A stretch of 64,000 nucleotides of DNA. Origin: an uncultured Aliarcobacter sp. (GTDB lineage Bacteria > Campylobacterota > Campylobacteria > Campylobacterales > Arcobacteraceae). The stretch lies in contig OY781945.1 of NCBI GenBank assembly GCA_963677435.1, forward strand, positions 2,496,001 through 2,560,000. Reading direction: 5' to 3'. How positions within the stretch are numbered: the stretch's first letter is position 1; every line of letters begins with the position of its first letter. A program made the position numbers and the translations under genes. The notes beneath the pieces are model-generated. The model was not told the DNA's origin. It made no database searches and was given only the letters and a program-made list of their open reading frames with translations. Below, in pieces: positions 45,214 through 56,218 of this stretch.

Positions 45214-45841
45214 ATGGATTTACAACTATATTTACAAGATTTTTTGCTTTTGACAATTGCTCATTTTTTAGCGCTAATAAGCCCTGTCGTTGATTTTTTT
45301 ATTATTATAAATTCAACACTAAAATATGGAAAAAAAGCTGGAATTATTACAGCTTTTGGTATTGCACTTTCAAATTTGGTTTATATATTATTGGCACTTT
45401 TTGGAATTATGATTATAAAAGAAAATATTTATATATTTAATTCTTTAAAGATTTTAGGAAGTATTTATCTGCTTTACATCTCATATTATTTGATTAATTC
45501 AAGAAAAAGAGATTTATTTAAAAATTCTATTAAACATGAAAAAAATAGTAAATTGTTTAACAATTTTATGAAAGGATTTTAAGTGCAATATTAAATCCAA
45601 AAAACTTTATTTTTATTTTACTATGTTTTCAATCACTGTTGAAAAATCTACACCTTATTTTATTCAAACGATTTATGCTGTTTGGATGTTTTTAGCTGTA
45701 TTACTTTGGGATATATTTATTGTGTATATAATTAGTTTGGAAAATGTAAAAAGGATTTTTAATAATTATATTAGTTTAATAGAAAAAATTTCTGCACTTT
45801 TCTTAAGTTTTGTGGCAATTACTATTATTTATAATCTATAA
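45214..45841 (+). pseudogene. LysE/RhtB translocator, frameshifted
   Basis: LysE N-terminus (ISP..DFF, YGKKAG). The LNPK motif is out of frame at ~45590 and the C-terminus is in a third frame. Confidence 0.8.
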
Positions 45842-45842
45842 A

Positions 45843-45873
45843 AAAAGGCTCATGCAATTTGCATGAGCCTTTT
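45843..45873. terminator. bidirectional intrinsic terminator
   Basis: AAAAGGCTCATGCAA-T-TTGCATGAGCCTTTT. Confidence 0.88.
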
Positions 45874-45895
45874 GTATTTTCTGTTTTAGAAAAGA

Positions 45896-46876
45896 TTAAA
45901 TTGGTAAAACTCTTAAGTTTTCATCAATTTTTTGTTGTAATACAGACTCGATTGCATATAAAGTTCCTGAACTTCCAGACGAACATCCAGAACAAGAACC
46001 TAAATATCTGATATATAAATCATAATGTGGTAAATTTTCTTTGATATCAATAATTTCCATATTTCCACCATCCATTACAAGCATTGGTCTAATATCTGAA
46101 TCTAATACTGAATCAATAGCTTTAATTCTTTGAACTAAAGTCATTTTATCAAATGTTAATTCACCAGATGCACTAGCATCTGCTGCTGTTTTTAATTTAT
46201 CTTGTTCCATTTCAGCTGTCATGTCTTTTAAAATATCTACTAAATAAATATCTTTTGCTTCATGTCCTCCTGGTTTAATACATGATTTACAAAATGCTCC
46301 AGCTTTTGTATAATCAGTGATTTGCTCAACAGTTGTTAATTTATTAATTTTAATAACATCTTTTAAAGTTGCTAATGAAACCCTTGCACATTCACAAATG
46401 ATTTGTTCTTCTTCAAAAGACTCCATATCAACACCTTTATAATCAGCTGCTGCTTTTTTGATAACATCATAAGCCATAACTGAACAGTGCATTTTTTGTG
46501 GTGGAACTGCTGGTGTATCTGCATTATCTCTTAATGCAAATTCAACATCAATATTTGTAATTTTAACAGCTTCATCAACTGTTTTTCCAATACAAAGTTC
46601 TGCCATAACATCAGAAGACGCAATTGCAGTACCACAACCAAAAGATTTGAATTTTGATTCTAAGATTTTATCAGTAGCTTCTTCAACTGCCCAATAAAGT
46701 CTTACAGCATCACCACATGATTCAGCTCCAAAATCTGCAACAATTAGTTTTGCTCCTAATTCAGCAGCTCTTTCTTCTGTGATTTCACCTTGGTGTTTTG
46801 GGTTATTCATTCTATTTACAACTTGATTTGAGTACTCATCCCAAATTGATCCGCTAATTAAATTATTTTTTGCCAT
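45896..46876 (-). CDS. nifU: three-domain Fe-S scaffold NifU
   Basis: SCGD, FGCG.AIASS, KMHCS, BFD-like CEC...CKSC, Nfu GSCSGC. Confidence 0.95.
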   Translation of the reverse strand: MAKNNLISGSIWDEYSNQVVNRMNNPKHQGEITEERAAELGAKLIVADFGAESCGDAVRLYWAVEEATDKILESKFKSFGCGTAIASSDVMAELCIGKTVDEAVKITNIDVEFALRDNADTPAVPPQKMHCSVMAYDVIKKAAADYKGVDMESFEEEQIICECARVSLATLKDVIKINKLTTVEQITDYTKAGAFCKSCIKPGGHEAKDIYLVDILKDMTAEMEQDKLKTAADASASGELTFDKMTLVQRIKAIDSVLDSDIRPMLVMDGGNMEIIDIKENLPHYDLYIRYLGSCSGCSSGSSGTLYAIESVLQQKIDENLRVLPI

Positions 46877-46904
46877 CGTATTTTCCTTTTTATTCTATTT
46901 TTTA

Positions 46905-48140
<1,236 letters not shown>

Positions 48141-48197
48141 CTATTCCTAAAAATATACTTGCACTTTTGTAAAACTTTTCAGCATTCTAATATAAAC

Positions 48198-48214
48198 AGG
48201 ATAAAAATAGTCTT
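48198..48214. promoter_or_regulatory. imperfect palindromic operator candidate in nifS promoter
   Basis: AGGATA-AAAAT-AGTCTT, just upstream of a minus-strand -10 TAGAAT (48189-48184). Confidence 0.5.
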
Positions 48215-48391
48215 AATTAAGATTTAGTGTTATTTTCTATTTCAGAAAGTAACATATTCAAAAAATTAAAGCTATTTTTAATCTATCTTCTTTTGAAATC
48301 TTATTATATTTAAAGTTTGATAAATAACTCTATTAAGTTTGAAATACTATAATCTATTTATAAATTTTATTATGCTTTTTTAATTACTTTG

Positions 48392-48424
48392 TGCTAGAAT
48401 TTTAAAGAGGATAGATTTTATCCT
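48392..48424 (+). promoter_or_regulatory. suf promoter extended -10 plus palindromic operator candidate
   Basis: TGCTAGAAT (48392-48400) followed by AGGATA-GATTT-TATCCT (48408-48424). Confidence 0.6.
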
Positions 48425-48470
48425 ATTTAATTATTTTAACAAGTATAAACAAAATAAATTGGAGTCAATT

Positions 48471-49916
48471 ATGAGTGACAATAAACAATTAGAAGATATT
48501 ATTAACAAAGATTATAAACTAGGATTTGAAACTTTAATAGAGAGTGATACTTTTGCAAAAGGTTTAAATGAAGATGTAATTAGAGCAATATCTGCAAAAA
48601 AAGATGAGCCAGCTTGGCTTTTAGATTTTAGATTAAAAGCTTATAAAAAATGGCTAAAAATGGAAGAACCATCTTGGGCACATTTAGATTATCCAAAAAT
48701 AGACTATCAAGATATAGCATATTATTCAGCGCCTAAAAAAGCTTTGGACTCTTTAGATGAAGTTGACCCTGAGATTTTAAAGACTTATGAAAAGTTAGGA
48801 ATTCCCCTTGAAGAGCAAAAACAACTAGCAGGTGTTAAAGGAGTTGCAGTTGATGCAGTTTTTGACTCTGTTTCTGTAAAAACAACTTATCAAGAAGAAC
48901 TTGAAAAATTAGGGATTATATTTTGCTCAATTAGTGAAGCAGCACATAAATATCCTCAACTTGTACAAGATTACTTAGCTAGTGTTGTTCCTGTTGTGGA
49001 TAACTATTTTGCATGTTTAAATAGTGCAGTTTTCACAGATGGAAGTTTTGTATATATTCCACCAAATGTAAGATGTCCAATGGAATTATCTACATATTTT
49101 AGAATAAATGCCTTAGATACTGGACAATTTGAGAGAACTTTAATCATTTGTGATGAGAACTCTTATGTATCTTATAATGAGGGATGCTCTGCTCCCACAA
49201 GAGATGAGAGACAACTTCATGCAGCTGTTGTTGAGTTAGTAGCTTTAAAAAATGGACAAATTAAATATTCAACTATTCAAAACTGGTTTCCAGGTGATGA
49301 CAATGGAAAAGGTGGAATTTTAAACTTTGTTACAAAAAGAGGAATCTGCAAAGGTGACAACTCTAAAATTTCTTGGACACAAGTTGAAACTGGAAGTGCC
49401 ATTACATGGAAATATCCATCGTGTATACTTGCAGGTGATAATAGTGTTGGAGAGTTTTATTCAGTTGCAATTGCTTCAAAAGCACAACAAGCAGATACTG
49501 GAACAAAAATGGTTCATTTAGGTAAAAATACTAAATCAACAATCATCTCAAAAGGAATCTCTGCAATGCATGGAAGAAATGCATACAGAGGATTAGTAAG
49601 AGTTGGGAAAAGCGCTTCAAATGCTAGAAATATTTCAGAGTGTGATTCATTATTAATTGGAAATAAATGCCATGCGCATACTTATCCATATCATGAAATC
49701 AGAAACAGTAGTGCAAACATAGAACATGAAGCAACAACTTCAAAAATCTCAGATGAACAACTTTTTTACCTTTCACAAAGAGGAATAAATGAAGAAGATG
49801 CAATCGCCATGATTGTAAATGGTTTTTGTAAAGAGGTTTTAAAAGAGTTACCAATGGAGTTTGCAGCAGAAGCAAAAGAGTTATTAAGCATATCATTAGA
49901 AGGAAGTGTGGGATAA
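48471..49916 (+). CDS. sufB: Fe-S cluster assembly protein SufB
   Basis: [47 protein letters not shown]. Confidence 0.97.
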   Translation: MSDNKQLEDIINKDYKLGFETLIESDTFAKGLNEDVIRAISAKKDEPAWLLDFRLKAYKKWLKMEEPSWAHLDYPKIDYQDIAYYSAPKKALDSLDEVDPEILKTYEKLGIPLEEQKQLAGVKGVAVDAVFDSVSVKTTYQEELEKLGIIFCSISEAAHKYPQLVQDYLASVVPVVDNYFACLNSAVFTDGSFVYIPPNVRCPMELSTYFRINALDTGQFERTLIICDENSYVSYNEGCSAPTRDERQLHAAVVELVALKNGQIKYSTIQNWFPGDDNGKGGILNFVTKRGICKGDNSKISWTQVETGSAITWKYPSCILAGDNSVGEFYSVAIASKAQQADTGTKMVHLGKNTKSTIISKGISAMHGRNAYRGLVRVGKSASNARNISECDSLLIGNKCHAHTYPYHEIRNSSANIEHEATTSKISDEQLFYLSQRGINEEDAIAMIVNGFCKEVLKELPMEFAAEAKELLSISLEGSVG

Positions 49917-49919
49917 ATT

Positions 49920-50693
49920 ATGAAAAAAGATACATTATTAAAAATAGAAGATTTAAAAGTAAGTATAAATGATAAAGAGATATTAAAAGGTGTAAATTTA
50001 GAGATTAAAGAAGGTGAAGTTCATGCTTTAATGGGAACAAATGGAGCTGGAAAATCAACTTTAGTAAAAGCACTAAGTGCTCATTATGATTGTGTTGTAA
50101 CTGAGGGGAAAATTACATATAAAAAGAAAAATTTATTAGACCTTGATGTGACACAAAGAGCAAATGAAGGTATTTTTATGAGTTTCCAATCTCCTGTTGA
50201 AGTAGCAGGCGTTAACAATAGCTACTTTTTAAAAACAGCAATGAATGCAAAAAGAGTATATGCTGGAGTTCCAGAAATTGATGCAATGGAATTTTTAAAA
50301 CTTATCAAAGAAGAGACAGCAAAATATAATATTGATAGAAAACTTCTACAAAGAGATTTAAATGATGGTTTTAGTGGTGGGGAGAAAAAAAGAAATGAAT
50401 TAATTCAACTTTTAATGCTTCAACCTGATTTAATCATGCTTGATGAAATAGATTCAGGTCTTGATGTGGATGCTATTAAAACCGTTGCAAATGTAATAAA
50501 CTCTATGCTTGATGGAAAAAGATCTGTATTAATGATCACGCACTATGATAGATTATTAGAGTTGATAAAACCTGATTTTGTACATATTTTAAATGATGGA
50601 AAAATTGTAAAAACAGGAGATTATAGCTTAGCTTTAGAACTTGATGAAAAAGGTTACGAAGCAATAGGAATAAATGATGTTAATAATAAATGA
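49920..50693 (+). CDS. sufC: Fe-S assembly ATPase SufC
   Basis: GTNGAGKST, FSGGEKKRNE, LDEIDSGLD, ITHY. Confidence 0.97.
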   Translation: MKKDTLLKIEDLKVSINDKEILKGVNLEIKEGEVHALMGTNGAGKSTLVKALSAHYDCVVTEGKITYKKKNLLDLDVTQRANEGIFMSFQSPVEVAGVNNSYFLKTAMNAKRVYAGVPEIDAMEFLKLIKEETAKYNIDRKLLQRDLNDGFSGGEKKRNELIQLLMLQPDLIMLDEIDSGLDVDAIKTVANVINSMLDGKRSVLMITHYDRLLELIKPDFVHILNDGKIVKTGDYSLALELDEKGYEAIGINDVNNK

Positions 50694-51714
50694 AATCAAA
50701 GGGATAAACCTTCCAAATAAAAAAGATGAAGAGTTTTTGAAAATAAATTTTGATTCACTTTTTTCTTATGAATTTGCAGATAAACAAAGTTATGAACTTG
50801 ATATTATGGGTTTAGAAACTACTATTGATAAAGAAAAATATGAATCAGTTTTATTTGATATTACAAGAAGTTTAGATGATAAACAAACAATTTTAACAAT
50901 AAATAAAAATATTGCTGAGCCTATTTTTTTAATTCATAAATTAAAACAAAGTGAAACTCTTTATACAAATTCTTTGAAAATAGAAGTAAAAAAAGATATA
51001 AAAGCAAGTGTTGTTGAAGTTTTTGTGAACTCTTGTGAGAACAGTTTTTATGCAGTTAATAGAAAAATACAATTAGAAGAAAATGCTTCTTTAGAGTATG
51101 TAAAAGTTCAAGATATAAATGCTTCAAATTCAATTACTTTTGCCCTTGCAGTTGAACAAAAAGATAGTTCAAACTTAGAGCTTTTCAACTTTGATTTTGG
51201 AGATGGATTTATAGTAAATAGTTTTGAAAATGTTATCAATAATGAAAATGTAAACTATGAATTAAATGCTTTGGTAAAACTTTTTTCAAATGCAGCAACT
51301 TCAAATCTAATAAAAACTATTCACAATGAAAAAAGTTCAAATAGTAATATAAACTTCAAACATAGTTTAAAAGATAGTTCAAAAGCTGTATTTAAAGCAA
51401 AATCAATAGTAAATCCAAGTGCAATATTCTCAAAAGCTTTCCAAAATTGTGACACTATTTTATTAAGTGATGATGCAACTATTATTGCTCAACCTCATCT
51501 TGAGATTTTAATAGATGAATTAGAAGCTAGTCATGGAACAACAACAGGAAGTTTAAACAAAGAACAACTTTTATATCTTCAATCAAGGGGAATAAAACAA
51601 GAACAAGCTTATGATATGTTACTTGAAGCTTTTGAAAATACAATAAAATCTAATATAAAAGATGAGATAATAAAAGAATTTATTGAAACTTACAAAAGGG
51701 AAAAATATGTTTAA
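50674..51714 (+). CDS. sufD: Fe-S assembly protein SufD
   Basis: PHLEI..DELEASHG.T.G...LLYLQSRGI; position in the operon. Confidence 0.9.
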   Translation: MMLIINEIKGINLPNKKDEEFLKINFDSLFSYEFADKQSYELDIMGLETTIDKEKYESVLFDITRSLDDKQTILTINKNIAEPIFLIHKLKQSETLYTNSLKIEVKKDIKASVVEVFVNSCENSFYAVNRKIQLEENASLEYVKVQDINASNSITFALAVEQKDSSNLELFNFDFGDGFIVNSFENVINNENVNYELNALVKLFSNAATSNLIKTIHNEKSSNSNINFKHSLKDSSKAVFKAKSIVNPSAIFSKAFQNCDTILLSDDATIIAQPHLEILIDELEASHGTTTGSLNKEQLLYLQSRGIKQEQAYDMLLEAFENTIKSNIKDEIIKEFIETYKREKYV

Positions 51715-52891
51715 AAATGACTTTCCATATTTCCAAAATTCTAAAACAGTTTATTTGGACAATGGAGCAACAACGCAAAAACCAAAAAGTGTAATTGATT
51801 CTCAAGTTGAATACTATGAAACATATTGTGCAAATACTCATAGAAGTAATTTTGGTCATGCAAATAAAGCAACTCAAGAGTTTGAAAAAACAAGAGTTTT
51901 ATTAAAAGAGTTTATAAATGCTTCAAAAAATGAAGAGATAATTTTCACAAAAGGTGTAACTGAGTCTTTAAACTTTATTGCATCTTCTTTTGCGAAAGAT
52001 TTTAAAACAGTGATTATCTCTTCTTTAGAACATCACTCAAATATCACTCCTTGGCATATGCAAGGAAGAAGTTTGGGAAATGGTCTTGAAGTTGTAAGCT
52101 GTAATGATAATTTAGATTTTGACCTGGAACATTTTGAAGAACTTTTAAAAGCAAATCCAAATGCTTTTGTAAGTATCACTCATGTTTCAAATGCCTTTGG
52201 GAAAATCCATGATATAAAAACAATAGCAAAATTAGCCCATCAATATGGAGCAATTATTATGATAGATGGAGCTCAAAGTTTAGCTCACTTCAAAGTTGAT
52301 GTTCAAGACCTTGATGTTGATTTTTTTGCAATTTCAGGACATAAAACTTTTGCACCAACAGGAGTTGGAGCTATTTATATAAAAGAGAAATATTTAAAAG
52401 ATGTAAAAGCTTACCAAACAGGTGGAGCTACAATCGATGATGTTGATTATAATCATTCAACTCTACTTGATTCTCCTTACAAATTTGAAGCAGGAACGCA
52501 AAATATTGCAGGTGTTATAGGATTTGGAAAAGCTTTAGAGTATTTAAATTATGTAAAATATGAAAATATTGAAAGCATAGAAAAAAAAGTTTTTAAATTT
52601 CTTGATGAAGAGTTGGCAAAACTTCCTGGAATTATTTTTTACAATGACACAAAAGATTGTATAGGAAGTAGAAGTTTCAATTTTGAGGGAATTGTTCACG
52701 ATGATATTGGAATTTTGATTGATAAAATGAATGTAGCTGTAAGAGTTGGACATCATTGTGCTCAACCTATTATGAAAAAGTTAGGAATAAGAGGAACTAT
52801 TAGAGTTTCTGTTGCTTTTTATAATGACTATGTAGATGTTGATAGATTGATTGAAGCATTAAAAAAAGCATTAAGTATGTTAAAGGATTAA
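51707..52891 (+). CDS. sufS: cysteine desulfurase, group II
   Basis: YLDNGATTQKP, LEHHSN, SGHK, FEAGT, RVGHHCAQP. Confidence 0.94.
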   Translation: MFKNDFPYFQNSKTVYLDNGATTQKPKSVIDSQVEYYETYCANTHRSNFGHANKATQEFEKTRVLLKEFINASKNEEIIFTKGVTESLNFIASSFAKDFKTVIISSLEHHSNITPWHMQGRSLGNGLEVVSCNDNLDFDLEHFEELLKANPNAFVSITHVSNAFGKIHDIKTIAKLAHQYGAIIMIDGAQSLAHFKVDVQDLDVDFFAISGHKTFAPTGVGAIYIKEKYLKDVKAYQTGGATIDDVDYNHSTLLDSPYKFEAGTQNIAGVIGFGKALEYLNYVKYENIESIEKKVFKFLDEELAKLPGIIFYNDTKDCIGSRSFNFEGIVHDDIGILIDKMNVAVRVGHHCAQPIMKKLGIRGTIRVSVAFYNDYVDVDRLIEALKKALSMLKD

Positions 52892-52893
52892 AA

Positions 52894-53304
52894 TTGAATA
52901 CTATCGAGCAAAGAGTAAATGATATAAAAGAAGATTTAGATTTCTTTGAAGATGAATTATCAAAATATGAATATATTATAGATTTAGGAAAAAAACTAGA
53001 AGAATTTAATGAAAGTGACAAAATCCCAGCAAATATAGTTCATGGTTGTACCTCTCAAGTTTGGTTAACCCATGAGTTAAAAGATGGAAAACTATATTTT
53101 CATGGAACAAGCGATGCAATAATCGTAAAAGGTTTAGTTTTTATGATATTAAAAATTTTTTCAGACTCAACAGTTGAAGAGCTAAAAGAGATTGATATGG
53201 ATATTGTCCATGAATTAAAACTAAGTGATGTTATAACTCCAAATAGACAAAGTGGAGTTATTGGAATGATGAAAAAAATTAAAGAGTATGCGCTAAGTGC
53301 ATAA
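52894..53304 (+). CDS. sufE: sulfur acceptor SufE
   Basis: VHGCTSQVW, SDAIIVKGL, TPNRQSG. Confidence 0.93.
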   Translation: MNTIEQRVNDIKEDLDFFEDELSKYEYIIDLGKKLEEFNESDKIPANIVHGCTSQVWLTHELKDGKLYFHGTSDAIIVKGLVFMILKIFSDSTVEELKEIDMDIVHELKLSDVITPNRQSGVIGMMKKIKEYALSA

Positions 53305-53314
53305 AGGATAAAAA

Positions 53315-53665
53315 ATGGAAACAATTTTTGATTTAAAAAGTATAGAAGAAAAAATAATAGAAAATTTAAAAAAAGTATATGACCCAGAAATACCATCAAA
53401 TATTTATGATTTGGGATTGATTTATAACATAGAGTTTGAACAAAAAGAACATTATTTACATTGTACAATCACAATGACACTAACAAGCCCAACTTGTCCA
53501 GTAGCAGAAAGCCTACTTGAACAAGTAAAATATGTAACATTAGCTGTTGATGAAGTTGATGAAGCAAAAGTAACACTTGTATTTTCTCCACCATGGGATC
53601 CATCAATGATGAGTGAAGATGCAAAAGAAATCATGGGTGCAAGTGGAGCAGCTATGCCTTTTTAG
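53315..53665 (+). CDS. sufT: DUF59 / SufT Fe-S maturation protein
   Basis: VYDPEIP.NIYDLGLIY, MTLTSPTCP, PPW. Confidence 0.88.
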   Translation: METIFDLKSIEEKIIENLKKVYDPEIPSNIYDLGLIYNIEFEQKEHYLHCTITMTLTSPTCPVAESLLEQVKYVTLAVDEVDEAKVTLVFSPPWDPSMMSEDAKEIMGASGAAMPF

Positions 53666-53678
53666 GCATGGCTATTTT
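53650..53678 (+). terminator. suf operon terminator hairpin
   Basis: AGCTATGCCT-TTTT-AGGCATGGCT followed by ATTTT. Confidence 0.6.
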
Positions 53679-53683
53679 AGTTT

Positions 53684-56170
53684 TTAATCTTTTTCATTTT
53701 TTGCAAGTCCAGATAAAATAGCTACTAGAATTAAACTGTAAATCCAACCAAATAATATTTCAAACCACATTAACCAAAGAGTAACATCATTTAAAGTTCC
53801 ATTATTTGAAGAAATATATTGTCCCCAATCTTTTTCAACTTGTAAATCAACAATTGGTAATATAACATCTAATGAATACATAAAAGGATTAAATGTTGTG
53901 TATTCTTCATCAAGTAGTTTACTATTTGTCCAATTATTACATTCAATTGTATCATCTGTGCATTTGTAATCTTTACTATTAAAAAAATCTCCAATTGCTG
54001 TACCTTCATCTGCAATTTTAACCTTATAATCTTTATATTGAAAAATTAAAGGATTACTTGGTGCAAAAACTGCAACACTTGAAGCTTTCCAATAAAATAA
54101 GCTACAAAGAAACCAAACTATGAACATTGTCCCTAAAACTTTCATAGGTTTGTAACCATATCCAGCAGTTTTTCCGTATATCCATTTTAAAATAGATATA
54201 AATAATCTATCACAAGTAAGAAAATCTTTTTTTCTAAGTTCATCATTATATTTAATCATAATATTATTAGCATCTTCATTATGTCCCATATTTCGTAAAA
54301 CTTTTGCTAATTGTTTATAAGGTTGTGGTTTAAATTCTGGCATTTTCCCAAGCCATTGAAGAAATATTTTAGAATCTAAGTTTATTCCAGATATATGATT
54401 GTATTCAAGTCCATCTAAATAAAGTTGACCAAATTCTTCTTTTTCAATTAACTGAAGTTCATTTACTTTTACTGATAACAAACTTAAATTACATCCTTTG
54501 TTTAAATTTAAAAAAGATAATAAATATTTAATTTGCACATAATAAAAATTAATAGTCCCAACATTAATAAATCCATCATTCAAAAATACACTTCCACCAA
54601 CTGTCATTTGAAAACAATTAAGAGATAATCCCTCTTCATTTATAAATTTACCATTAGTACATTCAAAATTACTTCCTATTTTAGAACCAATAAAATTAAC
54701 TTCTCCTATTGATTCAAAATTATTTCTTAAAAAAACTCCTTTTTGAACTACTGAGCCATTACAATTTAATGATATTTTCCCATCATTTATAAATTTACTA
54801 TTTGTACAATCAAAATTATTTCCAATTTGAGCACCAATAAAATTAACTTCCCCTATTGATTCAAAATTATTTCTTAAAAAAACTCCTTTTTGAACTACTG
54901 AGCCATTACAATTTAATGATATTTTCCCATCATTTATAAATTTACCATTAGTACAATCTAAAATATTCCCTATTTGAGAACTAATAAAATTAATTTCTCC
55001 TTTAGATCTAAAATTATTATTTAAAAAAACATTCCCTTCTATTATTGAAGCACTACAAATTAATGATATATTATTTTCTAATCCACATATAAATTCAGAA
55101 TTTGAACAATCTAAACTAGCTAATTTTGAAGCTATAAAATTAACTTCTCCTTCTGATAAAAAGCCATTTCTTAAAAATACTGTACCTTCAACTTTTATTC
55201 CATTACAATTTAATGATATTCCATTTTTATTAATAAATTTTCCATCGCTACAGTCTAAAATACCGCCTATTTTTAAATTTATAAAATTAACTTCTCCTTT
55301 TGATAAAAAGCCATTTCTTAAAAATACAGAACCTTGAACTTCTGCTCCATTACCATTTAATGTTATTTCATTATCTTGTTCATTAAAAAATTCTCCATTA
55401 TCACATTCTAAATTCTTTTTAATTTGTGCAGAGGCAAAATTAACTTTACCAATAGAAGTAAAACCTTCTTTCAAAAATATACTACCATCAATCATTGAAC
55501 CATTAAAATTTAAACTTATTTTATTTTTATTAATGTATTTACCACTACAATAAATTGATTTATTGATTTTAGAATTGATAAAACTAATTTCTCCAATTGA
55601 TTCAAAATTACCTTTTAGAATTACATTTCCTAGTATTCTTGCATTATTAAGATTTAATGAATAATTATTTTCATTAATAAATCTACTATCATTACAAATT
55701 AAAGAACCGTTAATTTCTGAATTAACAAAATTAATTTCTCCTTTTGATTCAAAATCATTGCAAAGAAAAATATTCTTTCTGCAAACTAAATTAAAAGCTT
55801 CTATTGAAGAACAAAAACTGCCACTAAAATCTATTTCTTCAATTTTAGACTTCATTATAAAAATTTGATTTTCAAAAGTTGATTTTAGAAATCCAAATGG
55901 TAAATTTGTTTCTTGAATAGAAAAATCAAATATTCCACAAATATAAGCGGCTTGAAAATTAATTCCTTGTGAATTTATTTTTAAAACATATTTTTTACCA
56001 TTTTCCTCTATCTCTTTATTATTACTCAAAATTAAAGCTCTTAAAAACTCTCCTCTAATTTCATTATCTATTGTTTTTTCTATTGGACGAGTATCTCCTA
56101 AATAAAGCATCTCTCCTTTTTGACAAGCATCCAAAAGTCTTTTTTCTGCCACTAACATATTTGAAAACAT
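53684..56170 (-). CDS. tandem-repeat (beta-solenoid-like) protein with C-terminal 2-TM pore-loop-like domain
   Basis: Eight 48-51-aa repeats plus a partial one, then PQPYKQLAKVLR, GYGYKP-TM1, FNPFMYSLDVILPIVDL, TM2. Confidence 0.75.
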   Translation of the reverse strand: MFSNMLVAEKRLLDACQKGEMLYLGDTRPIEKTIDNEIRGEFLRALILSNNKEIEENGKKYVLKINSQGINFQAAYICGIFDFSIQETNLPFGFLKSTFENQIFIMKSKIEEIDFSGSFCSSIEAFNLVCRKNIFLCNDFESKGEINFVNSEINGSLICNDSRFINENNYSLNLNNARILGNVILKGNFESIGEISFINSKINKSIYCSGKYINKNKISLNFNGSMIDGSIFLKEGFTSIGKVNFASAQIKKNLECDNGEFFNEQDNEITLNGNGAEVQGSVFLRNGFLSKGEVNFINLKIGGILDCSDGKFINKNGISLNCNGIKVEGTVFLRNGFLSEGEVNFIASKLASLDCSNSEFICGLENNISLICSASIIEGNVFLNNNFRSKGEINFISSQIGNILDCTNGKFINDGKISLNCNGSVVQKGVFLRNNFESIGEVNFIGAQIGNNFDCTNSKFINDGKISLNCNGSVVQKGVFLRNNFESIGEVNFIGSKIGSNFECTNGKFINEEGLSLNCFQMTVGGSVFLNDGFINVGTINFYYVQIKYLLSFLNLNKGCNLSLLSVKVNELQLIEKEEFGQLYLDGLEYNHISGINLDSKIFLQWLGKMPEFKPQPYKQLAKVLRNMGHNEDANNIMIKYNDELRKKDFLTCDRLFISILKWIYGKTAGYGYKPMKVLGTMFIVWFLCSLFYWKASSVAVFAPSNPLIFQYKDYKVKIADEGTAIGDFFNSKDYKCTDDTIECNNWTNSKLLDEEYTTFNPFMYSLDVILPIVDLQVEKDWGQYISSNNGTLNDVTLWLMWFEILFGWIYSLILVAILSGLAKNEKD
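54650..54960 (-). repeat. near-identical 147-bp tandem duplication within repeat gene
   Basis: CTGAGCCATTACAATTTAATGATATTTTCCCATCATTTATAAATTTAC occurs at 54751 and 54898. Confidence 0.9.
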
Positions 56171-56218
56171 AATTTTCCTTTTAAATTTTATTTATCATTT
56201 TTTACAGATTTTGAATAA

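Noticed and set aside
54650..54960. 147-bp repeats considered as a CRISPR array or DGR template/variable repeat
   Set aside because: In-frame coding repeats with no spacers; no cas or reverse transcriptase gene in the window.
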